A stretch of 64,000 nt of DNA. Origin: Podarcis muralis. Its lineage: Eukaryota. A program made the translations under genes and the position numbers. The stretch spans positions 35,712,001 to 35,776,000 of the forward strand of contig NC_135664.1 of the NCBI RefSeq assembly GCF_964188315.1, in the 5' to 3' direction. Shown piece after piece: positions 10,860-22,600 of this stretch (position 1 is the stretch's first letter; each line of letters begins with the position of its first letter). Below the pieces are notes generated by a model, which saw nothing but the letters and a program-made list of their open reading frames with translations, made no database searches and was not told the DNA's origin.

Positions 10860-11940
10860 GCAGGAGGTGATGTTTCTTGGGGTATGAAATTCTACTTCCT
10901 TGGTTTCACCTCTATTGCCTTTGTGAGTATTTTCTTTTATAGAGCTGCGACTACATCGCCCAAGTTCTGTACTGAATGCAACACAATGCAGGATTCGACA
11001 GAAGAGATGGCTAAACTGACGGCACTGATAAGAGACTCAAGCTTACATTCTTTCAAGGAGGACTTTTCTAGTTTTCTAAACTTTGCTAAAAAGTAACTAT
11101 ATATGAAGTCCACAACAGGATTTGAAGTTTTAACGTGGGGAGGGAGAAGTAGATTATTTTAAGATACTTGTTGAAGAGGTTGAACCTCAATATGAGGGAA
11201 CTTTAAAATGCAATTACCGTATTTTTCGCCCTATAGGACGCACTTTCCCCCCTCCAAAACTGAAGGGGAAATGTGTGTGCGTCCTATGGGGTGAATGCAG
11301 GCTTCAGGAAGCTCTCCGCAAGCCTTGGGAGCTCTGCGGTAGTTCCCATCGGGCTCCCAAGGCTTGCGGATAGCAGCCTGCATCTCGAAGCCTGGGGCGC
11401 GCTGCACAGCGCACCCCGGGCTTCAGTTCCCTGACCTGGTTTGGAGGCTGGCGGTGGGGAGAAGCTTCTCCCCACTGCCAGCCCCACAAGCTCGGGGACA
11501 GCTGGGAGGCGGAGCACCGCCATCCCGCTGTTCCCCGACCTGGTTTGGGCTTCAGGCAGATATCCGCAAGCCGTGGGAGCCCACCAGGAAGTCGCACCGG
11601 TCTCCCAAGGCTTGCGGAGAGCTGCCTGTTCTGGGGGCTGGGGTCGGGGGAAGCGCCTGTTCTGGGGGCTGGGGTCGGGGGAAGCTCGGGCTTCCCCCGC
11701 CCCAGCCCCGCGCCTGGGGGGGAAATAAACATTTTTTTCTTTATTCCCCCCCAAAAAAACTAGGTGCGCCCTATGGGCCAATGCGCCCTATGGGGAGAAA
11801 AATACGGTATGTGTAGTTACATTTCAAAACATCGAGGATGGGTGAGTGGGAAGTCATTAGTAATTTAGAATTGGATTATAAATATTGAGTGTTAAAATGT
11901 AATTTTGAATCTTGCAACTAAATAAAATATTAATATCAAG
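10860..11940 (+). mobile_element. Old L1-clade 3' fragment split by a Tc1/mariner MITE
   Basis: ORF end ...EEMAKLTALIRDSSLHSFKEDFSSFLNF parallels EMDKMTGKIR...FIEEWENFTNYL in the 58 kb L1. UTR-like sequence resumes after 11809 and ends aaataaaa near 11920. Confidence 0.6.
11217..11807. mobile_element. Tc1/mariner (Tc2/Kanga-like) MITE
   Basis: TIR CCGTATTTTTCgCCCtATAGGaCGCA with reverse-complement right end tgcgccctatggggagaaaaatacgg. TA TSD at 11215-11216 and 11808-11809. GC- and CpG-rich interior. Confidence 0.9.
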
Positions 11941-12373
11941 AAAGGCCTTTCCTGTGGCAGTGGCACTTTAGGGGGACATAGGTTGGGTTTTCCCTCCCCC
12001 AGCAAGGATCTTTTATTGACCCTGCCTGCCCTGCCTGAAACCATTCCAGCATTAGCACTGCCCTCCGGGAGCCCTTGGGAATAGAAATTTGCTTGTCTCT
12101 CTCACACACAACCCTGATGAAAAACTCTCAGCTGATGTATGAGAGATGAGTTCTCTTCTCCTGGCTGTGATGGGTTTCCCCATCCAGAACATTCCAGAGT
12201 GATCTCCATTTTCTAGCCATTAAGGAACCATCAGGTCACCATTAACATTATTTTGCTTGACAAAGGACATGGTCTTTGTCATAATAATAGTTAGCTGTTG
12301 GAACCATGCTGTTTACTGGAGGAGGAAGGGGAAGTCACAGGGTGGCCATACTTAGGGAACATGTTCCTTAGTA

Positions 12374-12588
12374 CAGTGATACCTCGGGTTACAGACGCTT
12401 CAGGTTACAGACTCCACAAACCCAGAAATAGTACCTTGGGTTAAGAACTTTGCTTCAGGATAAGAACAGAAATTGCACGGTGGCAGCGGGAGGCCCCATT
12501 AGCTAAAGTGGTACCTCAGGTTAAGAACAGTTTCAGGTTAAGCATGGACCTCTAGAACGATTTAAGTTCTTAACCTGAGGTACCGCTG
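12374..12588. mobile_element. Tigger/pogo-like MITE
   Basis: Ends CAGTGATACCTCGGGTT...AACCTGAGGTACCGCTG; TA TSD at 12372-12373 and 12589-12590; same family as 49522-49763. Confidence 0.9.
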
Positions 12589-13203
12589 TACCTTTGACTT
12601 ATGTAATAACAGTGGTTCAGGGATTTTTCCAAGTCAGTTGCAAGAGGAAGTCTTTCCAGGCAGAGACCTCATCTAAAATGTAGATCTATGTAGCTTGGTC
12701 ATTTGCCATCAACACCTCCCTCTTCCTTGGATTCAGATTAGAATAACACCCAACATTTGCATGTTATTTGTATTTTCACATAATGGGTGGTCACTTTTTC
12801 CAGAATTTTCCTTCACAAGAAAGACAGCTAATAGAGTAGCAGGCCCTGAGCTTGCATCTTTCTGCCACACTGTGAAAGTATGCCTCTAAATTTAGTTTGC
12901 TTTGAAGGCAATAGGCTTTGAAATAACTGGATAAGACATTTCCTCCTTGCCTGTAGGAGCCATGGAAGGTTAGTCACCCGTGTCTGCTGCCGTTAAGAGA
13001 CATGTGAGCAGCTGTTTACAGAAAGGACATACCCAGACTTATTTTGGGCAACAGCATCTAGCTCTGGGATGAAAATAACAGCCTTAGCAGACAGCTTTGA
13101 AACCAGCAAGCTCCATTTTTGTGCTAAAATAGAGCCTATTGGACCATCAAAGAAGCAACCTATAAAAGCATCATCATAGGTCCTTGCTGAGATTTTTACA
13201 TTT

Positions 13204-13268
13204 CAGGGGGTTGGACTAGATGACTCTAAGGGTCCCTTCCAACTCTACAATTCTATTGTCTATGATTG
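13204..13268 (+). mobile_element. CR1 LINE extreme 3' end
   Basis: cagggggttggactagatgac...ggtcccttccaactctacaattctat tail. Confidence 0.75.
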
Positions 13269-13575
13269 CTCAGAGAGATGCTTTCATGTGAATATCAGCA
13301 CTTCCTGAAACACAGAGCAAACCAGACATACCCAGAGATCAGCTGATATTCTCTCCTTCTGTATCAATGTCATTGCTGAATGTCTCTGCAAATAGATGGC
13401 ACTCAATGCAGCCTGGACAGCAGGTCTATGAATGACATAATCTATGCATCAGGGACTAAATCCCAAAGAAGTCAGTAGGACTTACTTCTAAGTAAACTTG
13501 TTTAGGATTGCACTAATTGAGGTTGCTAATATCTGCAATTATCTGTAATTGGTTAAAAACATAATAATTTATTAT

Positions 13576-13620
<45 letters not shown>
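13576..13620. repeat. (TAC)15 microsatellite
   Basis: Direct reading. Confidence 0.97.
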
Positions 13621-13969
13621 AAATCAAGCATTATACTCTCTCAGAAAAAATCTTAAACCAGCTATAAATGTAAATGTGGTATCAGCTTTGTAGCAAAAAT
13701 ATCATATGGAGAAGCTCTTTAAACATACCGGTAGATCCTTTACTCTTGAATCAAGATTCTTTATGCATTTTTTTTTAAACAATAACAACAACAAATATTT
13801 CCAGAAACCAGCAGCAACTATGCTTGTGAATATGATCCTGGTACTTTCTCTGACTGGATTCAAGTTGTCATGTGCACATATCCAACTGATACTGATCTTC
13901 CCTGTGTAATAGACATTAAAGGGCTCAGCACTGAGTATGTATGGCTAATAATCACATTTTTATATGAAG

Positions 13970-14100
13970 TGTATCTGAAGAAGTGTGCATGCACACGAAA
14001 GCTCATACCAAGAACTAACTTAGTTGGTCTTTAAGGTGCTACTGGAAGGAATTTTTTTTGTTTTGACTATGGCAGACCAACACGGCTACCCATCTGTAAC
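13970..14100 (+). mobile_element. Penelope-like element terminal-repeat remnant
   Basis: tctgaagaagtgtgcatgcacacgaaagctcatacc...ttagttggtctttaaggtgctac is the characteristic sauropsid Penelope terminal motif (recalled). Confidence 0.7.
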
Positions 14101-15399
14101 TGGCACATTTTTATAATGACACATGGCCTAATCCACTGAGAATTTCTTCTGGGATGTCCTTCAGTGTGTACCACTTTGAAATTAATGGATCTTGCACAAG
14201 AGCGCCCATCCTTTTGCACAAATTCCACTCCTTTCAAAAGGGGCTTTCATAAGAGAAGTTCCCAGGGGGTTGTGTTCATCGCTTATTCTGGTACTAATTA
14301 GTGTCAGAAGAGGTGATATAAACAGCTGGACTGGGATCACCAGCTCATTGCATGTAGGCCACTGAACAGCCCTCACTCCTTAATGAGGTTCAGTTACCGT
14401 GAATTTGTTAACCGAATCAGACAGAATAGGAAGGATTTGATAATAAATGTATTTTAGAGATGAGAGGAAGGATCACTCGGATGTTGAGTTAAACATATTA
14501 AACATACAATTTTGCATAGAGCATAACAGATGCCATGGTTAAATATTCAGAATCATTATCAAGAAAACTGAAATAGTTCTATAATAAGAGAGCTTTGAAG
14601 GTCCTAAATGAGTGAACATTAACTTTTGTCTTCCATTCCTTTCCCCTGCAAAAATACTTTCCCCCCTTTAATGGTGCACACTTGGCAATCTTAGGACCCT
14701 TAGGGAAATTGGCTGTGTGGCTTTAACAAAAAAGAGAGAGATTTGACAGAATTACAGATTTGTAATATTTTGATGCTAGAGGGGAGGGTTTAAAACATTT
14801 GTCAAAAGCCCAAATGCTTCACACAACATCACTTTCTTCCTCTGACTACACTTCCATGTTTTTTTAACATGAATTTATTCCCTCATGGCTGCTCATTCTT
14901 AGAAATGCATCTACCAATAACAGCTAGTCTTAGATTTATAACCTAATTTTTCTACCCTCTTAAGCTTTGCAAACTGCAACCCTAGACACACAGTTACCTA
15001 GGAGTAAGTGTTATTACAATCAAGAAGGCTTACTTCTAAGAAGGCATGGGCAGGCTTACAATACCAAAGGCAGAAGGAAAGGTCATGGGAGAATATGTTG
15101 TCTTTTTGCCCCCCAAAACTAAGATTAGTTCTTGCTGAGAATGGAATCCTTTGTTATAGGGCTGCGTTTTCACATAAAAGCCTGTCAAACAGAACCCTAT
15201 GGCTACTACTGTAGACTACAGCCCTGGAAGGAGAAGACACAATGTCACCTGACTCAGAGGTAGTGGCAGCTTTGCTTCTCCAAAGGCAAAATGTGACGAA
15301 AGGAAATGGAACTGGGAAAGCCAGAAGCTGGTGCCAGTGTGCCACAGATGTAGCTAGGAAATTTCCCCTTTCATGCAGCTCTTGAGGAACCTGTGGCCC

Positions 15400-15490
15400 T
15401 CCAGATAATGTTGGACTGCTGCTCCCATCACTCCTGGCCATAGGCCATGCTGGCTGGGGCTGATGGGAGCTGGAGTCAACAACATCTGGG
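15400..15490. mobile_element. Short hAT-derived MITE remnant (actcccatc...gatgggag family)
   Basis: ccagataatgttggact...ctcccatca...tgatgggagctggagtcaacaacatctgg is self-complementary; related copies at ~17290-17400, ~51680-51820 and 55464-55591. Confidence 0.6.
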
Positions 15491-17894
15491 CTTTAAAGAT
15501 ACAAGTTAGACCCTCTCAAGGTCTAGAATGGGAACTCTATGGCTCCTTGTTTCCAAGACCCAATGTTCTCCTGCATCCAATATTCCCATAGCTATCTGCT
15601 CCATTTCTGCCAACAGCTGAAAGACCCTCCTTCCTCTAGGTCCTCTGCTGGCACTTCCCCCAGTGCAATCTTCTCCCTTAAACCCTCCTTATCACCAGCT
15701 CACTATCTCTACTACCTGCTGTTTCAGACTTAGCTACTCAGTCCAGCTTCCTTTGCCAGGCTGACACTAATTGATGTTGCTGTCTCTTCTCACTCTTCAG
15801 TCCTATGTTTCCTTTATCTGGACATGACAGTCTTCAGCACCTGTCTGTTAGAAATAAGAATAGTCTCTGAAAGAGGAACCAAAGGCCATCTAGTCCAGTG
15901 CAACGAAGGCCTCCTCTTTCACTTGAAATTGGTTGTGTGCCTTCTGGAGTCCATGTGATCACAGCAGAATTCATAGTTGACAACTTTGGGGTTTCTGCTG
16001 CTTGATCCAGTTTGATCCAGTAAGATAACCTCTTAAGCAAACAAACAACTTCTTCCCTTGCCTACAAGCAGCAGTGCATGCAAGCAATCTGCTTCCCTTG
16101 CTCTCCTCTGCCACATGGTTTTATACACCGTCTGCCTGCCCATCTGCTCAAACCACTTTAACAAACCTGAAATCATCCCTACTTTTTAACTGATTAGGAG
16201 GTTTCAAAAGTGTGTGCAAAATGTCAAGATCATGGTCAAGTGGCTGGAGTGTTGTTTCAAATGGTGGAAGAACATTTCACATATATAACCATCTTAAATT
16301 CTCATAACGTTATGGGAATTGGATTGTCAATAAGTTGTTTCCAATCACATCACTGTTGTGACTACAAGAGCCCTTAAGGTACATTCCACGTGTGGATTAC
16401 GAGACACCTTTCATCAAGACACCCTGGACTGGATCTCACATTCCTAGGGTTCCTCTGCTGCCCATTCTTGCATTTCTAAAACGGAACATGTTGACAATAC
16501 AAAACAGCAACCCATCTATTCAATCTAAATCTAGACTAGAAAATGAAATCCATCCAGTCTGTTCTCCCCAGACCCTACTGCAATTTTTCAGGAAAGTTCC
16601 TGGTCCATCCTTCCCTTTGCTTCCAATCTCTTTCTGCTATTCTGAACCACTGTTCAGAATAATTTACATTTCATGGAACATTATAGAATAAAAAAGGCAT
16701 TGATTGCCATTAACATAAATATCACAGCAGCACCTGAAAGCGTGTTTTTCAATCATTAATCCTGCAAGGGGAAAAAATGGCTGCCATGAGGCATTTCATC
16801 TGGTTTCAGAAGAAAGGAGCACCTGGAAAATCAACTCTTAGAAAATTAAACTTCAGACAGCTGTTTTCAAACACACTGCTAAACGATGACAGTAGTTTTT
16901 TCCCCTTGCATTGTCTGCAAGGTATAGTTTTGCTACTCCAAGATGTGACTACACTTAAAAAGATCCAGCCAATTCACAGCAAATAAAGCTTCTACTTACG
17001 GAGGCAACATATCTGGCATATGGTGGCATCCATCCATCACCAGATGACTGTCAATGCCATGCCCTGCTTGGGGGTTTTCTTGAAACACCCTGCTGGGGTC
17101 ATGGTTGGAAACAATCATTATCATTACTTTATTATTTGTTAAATTTGTATACCGCTCTAGGTCTCATATTGTGGGTTGGATGAAGGATAGTCAATGCTGT
17201 GCCCCCCAGATACAGTAAGCCTGCAACTTGCATCAACCTCAGTCAGCACATTGGAATTACAGTCTAACAGTTCCTGGACAGGATTAGATCAGGACTACAC
17301 ACAACTCCCATCATTCCTCACCACGCACACTGGGGCTGATGGGAGTTGTAGTGAAAAACATGTGGAAGATACCACATTGGCTACCCCAAAGGCTCCAGTT
17401 TGGGGAAGCTTGATAGGAAGGGGCACACACCTAGTGTTAGAACATGAGAGCATATGGAAGAAAACTGAGAAGAAAAAGTTAAAGGAGAAATAAGGATATT
17501 TCAGTGTTCCATAGGAAATAATAGGTTTTCAAGAGTTTCCCTCTTTCTTCCCCACCTCAGTGACAGATGCATTTGGAGGTAATTGCTATGCTTTAGTAGT
17601 TGAGTGGTATTAGAGGGAAATAGCTTTCAGAGATATCTGGCTCTTATGATGGTAAAGGGTGTGACCAGTACTTTGTGTGTTTGTAAGGAGACAAATTAAA
17701 GGAAACTTTCTACTGCTCGTTTTCAGTTTAAAGGGGCTGTTCTGCCTTGCACTGCTGCTAATTTTACACTGATGCAGAAGGAAGCATTACCTATGACTCA
17801 TCATGTTCCTTAGTAAAGTGGTTCCTATGAAGCATGAGCAGGGCTAGTTCAAGACATTTTGCTGCCTTCAGCGGAAGAGCAAATCCATCCCCCT

Positions 17895-17948
<54 letters not shown>
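17895..17948. repeat. Compound (CA)n(GA)n microsatellite
   Basis: Direct reading. Confidence 0.95.
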
Positions 17949-17951
<3 letters not shown>

Positions 17952-18379
17952 CCTGGTGTACAAGCCCAAGGCTGGCAAACTGATTTTGGCCCCTGAAGGC
18001 AGAAAATCCCATAAACCTCTCCCTGGCAGCAAGATAAATCAAATTATAATTTGGGTCATTTCACGGCACTCCAAATCACTTGCCTAAGGTGACCTCAGGG
18101 CAGATATATGTGATCTGGGTTTTAATGCTGGTTGCACCTGAGAGGCCCTTGGGGTGGGCCAACTGCTTTGTTTCTATTTGTTGCATGTGCCATAGCTTGC
18201 TGCTGAGATCATCTAACCTTTAATACCATAAATCTTCTGGTATTTGGTATTTAAATTCCTATTTAATGTGCTTTTAAAATGTGCTTTTAAAATACTATCT
18301 TTCTCAATGTACACATTTTAAAAATACAGATTGGATGCTTTTGTTCAGGTGAGCAAAATATGTTTATATATGTTTATTA

Positions 18380-18716
18380 TAGGAGCCATGTTCAAATATA
18401 TAAAAGGATGTCATATAGAGGAGGGAGAAAGGTTGTTTTCTGCTGCTCCAGAGAAGCGGACACAGAGCAATGGATCCAAACTACAAGAAAGAAGATTCCA
18501 CCTAAACATTAGGAAGAACTTCCTGACAGTAAGAGCTGTTCGACAGTGGAATTTGCTGCCAAGGAGTGTGGTGGAGTCTCCTTCTTTGGAGGTCTTTAAG
18601 CAGAGGCTTGACAACCATATGTCAGGAGTGCTCTGGTGGTGTTTCCTGCTTGGCAGAGGGTTGGACTCGATGGCCCTTGTGGTCTCTTCCAACTCTATGA
18701 TTCTATGATTCTATGA
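18380..18716 (+). mobile_element. CR1 LINE 3' end (ORF2 C-terminus plus 3' UTR)
   Basis: Peptide FKYIKGCHIEEGERLFS...RFHLNIRKNFLTVRAVRQWNLLPRSVVESPSLEVFKQRLD; (ATTCTATG)n tail. Confidence 0.95.
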
Positions 18717-19096
18717 GAACTACTGAATCTGCACAGAGGAGCCTGTCACATCAATACGTACCAGAATTTGTAAATACTGTAAATACTGAATTCGTCAAGC
18801 ACCCCCATTTGGTACCCAAAGTGGATGTGGTCCCCGCCCCCAAGTTGGTTGCCTAAAGATTTTAGAGATATGAACAATAACAATTGAGAAACAAAGATGA
18901 GACACTTTAAATAAATGTAGAATAAAAACTGAAGTTTTGAAAAAGCAGATAGAGCATCTAGAAGGAAGAAAACTAGGAATTCAATGTCACCCCTGTTTTA
19001 CGGACTTCTGTTTCTGTAGGGTTACTAAAATCCACTCTTCTTCTTTCTCCTCCTCCTCTCTAGCTCTCTCTGGATCTAGACAAGATACCTAGTTTA

Positions 19097-19190
19097 GGAA
19101 GGGACCATAATTTAGCCAGTGGTAGAACATCTGCTCTGCATGCAGAAGGTCCCTAGGTCCAATCCAGGGCTAGTATGTGTAGGTCTGGGG
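19097..19190 (+). mobile_element. Partial tRNA-derived SINE (Squam2-like head)
   Basis: agtggtagaacatctgctctgcatgcagaaggtccc matches the other copies. Confidence 0.6.
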
Positions 19191-19497
19191 GCCCCTGCCC
19201 CCTGGAGGACCCTAGCAGGCTGAGGGGACTTGGCTCTTCTTGCAGGAGGGCTGCCTCTATTATACGTTTAGGTCAGCTGTTTGTTCCCTGTGCACTTGGA
19301 CACCTCTTATGACATGGTAACCCAATTTTGCATGATGGTTACTGAGATCAAGGCACAGGTTTGGATACAATTAAACAACATTTTGAATTAAGGTGGCCGA
19401 CTGAACCTTTCAAAACTGCACTGATTTTTAACCACTGATTCAAAGCTGCACTGGCTCCTTGGTGTCTTAGAATTCCCAAGCAGCACCTGGTATGAGG

Positions 19498-19994
19498 CAT
19501 AGCTGTCAACCGTCCCTTATTTGGCAGGAAAGTCCCTTATTCCAGCGCTGTGTCTTGCTGCTGTCCCTTATTGATGATGTCCCTTAAATTTCCTGGGTTT
19601 CAAAAGAAGCAGCTCCTCTCCCTCCCTCCCTGCCGGCCGGCCAGGGAGGAGGGAGGCTCCAACTGTTGGCTGCGTTGCTCACCCAATAAGGAGTCTAAGA
19701 ACGACTGGGGGGGTGGAGCTTGCATGCCTTGTGCCGATCAAATCAGCCGCGTTGCCTGGGGACTCACCTTTGCTCAGCACTTCCCAGCAGAGAGGTGATG
19801 GTGGTTTCCCTTGCTGCATCCCCTTTGCTGGGTTGCTGGCTGTGGGAACTACCGCTTGAGGCTTCGTTTGGCTGCTGGCTGGGCTTTCTGCATTTGGCAC
19901 AGAGGGGCTCAGAAATTGAACATACCTGTGCTCTGAAAATCCCTTATTTTGGCTGCTGATCCCCTATTTTCAAATCTGTAAGTTGACAGCTATG
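19498..19994. mobile_element. hAT-type MITE, CATAGCTGTCAAC-ended family
   Basis: Perfect 13-bp TIR CATAGCTGTCAAC / GTTGACAGCTATG; perfect 8-bp TSD gtatgagg at 19490-19497 and 19995-20002; subterminal ccttatt repeats. Confidence 0.92.
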
Positions 19995-21143
19995 GTATGA
20001 GGCCACTACTAAGTTATATGTTCAAGGTGCCTGAGGGTCACTTTTTAACCTTTAAAGAAAGGTTTGCACCACACACACCACTCACAGCAGTGCAAGCCAT
20101 TCTGTCCCTGTTCTCTCTGCTGGCACCTATACTTCCTTGAAGGTCTTCAGAGAGACATGAAGCAATATGTTGTCATGTCATTCTGGAGCCTGTCCAAGAA
20201 GTGTGGCTGGCTTCACACAGTTCCAGAGTGGCTCTGGAGTGAGGCTATGTTAAATTGTGGCATTCTGATGACTTTCTAGGAAGTGTAGACACCAGTGAGG
20301 AGAGTGGGCACTGCTGTGAGTGACACAAGCATCTTTCATTGCAAAGGTTAAAAAGCAATAAAGCAACCCTCAGCCACCACATATCTTTAAGGTAAGGGGC
20401 AAGGAGAGTGGCCACAGAAAGTGAAGGGTAGCCCGGAAAATACCTGCTCCAGAGCCCACTTAAAACATCAGTGCCTATGTCACTAGTTAAAAAGATAAAA
20501 AGGTACTAGGAACCCCCTGTTCTTGACAACCATAAAACTGCTGCTAGGCTGCATAAACAATATTGGATTAGACGGACAAATATTCTGATCTGAGTTATGG
20601 CTCTCTCTGCCTGAGGAAAGAAAGCTGGCATCATCTGTAATGAATTTTAGGCACCAACTTAATAGCAGATCATTTCAGCAAATCCTTGGTATGAAAGCAA
20701 TTTACTGTTTTTATAGCCTTTTTGTAAGGGACCCATTCTGTACTTCGGATTCTTTAATGTGTCGTGTTTCAATTCTATTTGTTATGTTGCTTTTATTTTA
20801 ACATGCACGCTATATATAAAAAATTCATATGAGTTTGCAGTTTAAAAATGAATAATAACAATTAAACTATAAGGTAGCTTTCCTAATACATGAAAAGGAA
20901 AGGAAATAACCTATGCTAAAAATCAAGAAAACAAAGTAAGGGTTCCCTGGATAGTTATTCCTGCCTAATTAATAGGGTTATTTTCCATTTATTGCTATTT
21001 AATTCGTTCTCATTAGTGTGGTTGCTGGTATAGTAGTTCAGGGGAATTCTCTCCACAAACACACCCCATCTCAGCAACAAATGCAATCTAAACTTTGGCC
21101 TATCTGACCGGGTTGCCCCAGCCACTCTGGGTGCCTTCCAACA

Positions 21144-21145
<2 letters not shown>

Positions 21146-21192
<47 letters not shown>
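21146..21192. repeat. (AT)n microsatellite abutting an L2-tail fragment (~21102-21145)
   Basis: Direct reading; preceded by ctgaccgggttgccccagccactctgggtgccttccaaca. Confidence 0.9.
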
Positions 21193-21196
<4 letters not shown>

Positions 21197-21825
21197 ATGG
21201 AAGTCATTCCAAGTCACCTCAGCAAAAGCCCATAGAAGAATTTAGGGAAGATTTATCTCTTGGACATACAAAGCACTAGTCACATTTTAAAAAAAGAAAA
21301 AAGAAAACTGAATCTGTGATCTATTATTTATTTATTTTTATTTATATATATATTTATTTATTTATTGTAGCTAAGAAAATGTCAAGGGGAATAACTTTAT
21401 TTTAAGATAAAGGCACGAGCTTCTGTCCCAGCTCCTATGTTATTCTGTGGGGAGGAAATGCTTGACAGCTACAAGTCAGCTTCCCTGACTATATTCAGGG
21501 GTTTATACTTTTTCCACGATAATGATCTTGTTGGGATGTCTGGCCTACTTCAGAAAAAGAAATGTAGTAACTCTGTTAGAGATTCCTTTTTTTTAGTCCA
21601 ATTTGGAATATGCCTTTTAATGTGCAGCTTCTAGAATTTCAGGGGCCTATGAATTGTGTCTAAATGATAACTACCAACTGACTAGTAGTAAACCAGAATT
21701 AAGGAATAAGGTATATTTATGATGTGTGCTGTGGTTACTGGCCTGCATTTTTGTCATCTGCACTGAACTGGCCACTTTATTTAAGCCACTTTCAGGTGTT
21801 AATTGAGCATTACTATGGCTTTACC

Positions 21826-22181
21826 GGGACGCGGGTGGTGCTGTGGGTTAAACCACTGAGCCTAGGACTTGCCGATCAGAAGGTCGGCGGTTCAAATCCC
21901 TGCGACGGGGTGAGCTCCTGTTGCTTGGTCCCAGCTCCTGCCAACCTAGTAGTTCGAAAGCACGTCAAAGTGTAAGTAGATAAATAGGTACCGCTCCAGT
22001 GGGAAGGTAAACAGTGTTTCCGTGTGCTGCTCTGGTTCGCCAGAAGTGGCTTAGTCATGCTGGCCACATGACCTGGAAGCTGTACGCCAGCTTCCTCAGC
22101 CAATAAAGCAAGATGAGCGCCGCTACCCCAGAGTCGGTCACAACTGGACCTAATGGTCAGGGATCCCTTTACCTTTACCTT
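21826..22181 (+). mobile_element. Full-length Sauria SINE (Squam1)
   Basis: Head GGGACGCGGGTGG, B-box-like ggttcaaatcc, (ACCTTT)n tail; 12-bp TSD tatggctttacc at 21814-21825 and 22182-22193. Confidence 0.95.
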
Positions 22182-22406
22182 TATGGCTTTACCATGCTGT
22201 ACCCATGACTGCTTATGGGACTCCCTTGGCAGGGCTATGAATCCTGGCCAAAGGTCTCTCCTGCCAAAGGAAAGTTGTGACAGGTAAGCACTTGGAAATG
22301 AGAGAAACACAATCTCTCTAAATGCAGGTAAACTGCCACCTTGCGCCCATGAAGACAATGGGGAATATAGCAACCTTGTCATCTCTTTACAAAAGGTTGC
22401 CACCAA

Positions 22407-22600
22407 ATAGGAACATAGGAAGCAGCCTTATACAGAATCATGGCATTGGTCCATCTGGTTCAATATTGTCTGCACTGAGTGCCAGCAGCTCGTCAGCACT
22501 TAAGGAAGACTTTCCCAGCCATCCCTGGAGAAGTCTTCAATTGAAACTGGGATCTTCTGTGTGTAAAGCAGATGCTCTACCGTGAATTTCCGGCTGCCTA
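22407..22600 (-). mobile_element. tRNA-derived SINE (Squam2-like)
   Basis: Minus strand: ...ggtagagcatctgcttt...cagaagatcccagtttcaatt...tataaggctgcttcctatgttcctat tail. Confidence 0.8.

Noticed and set aside
11284-11816. Five overlapping ORFs up to 165 aa
   Set aside because: GC-rich, stop-poor MITE interior; no domain motifs.
21876-22406. 176-aa minus-strand ORF
   Set aside because: Antisense read-through of a Sauria SINE plus flank.
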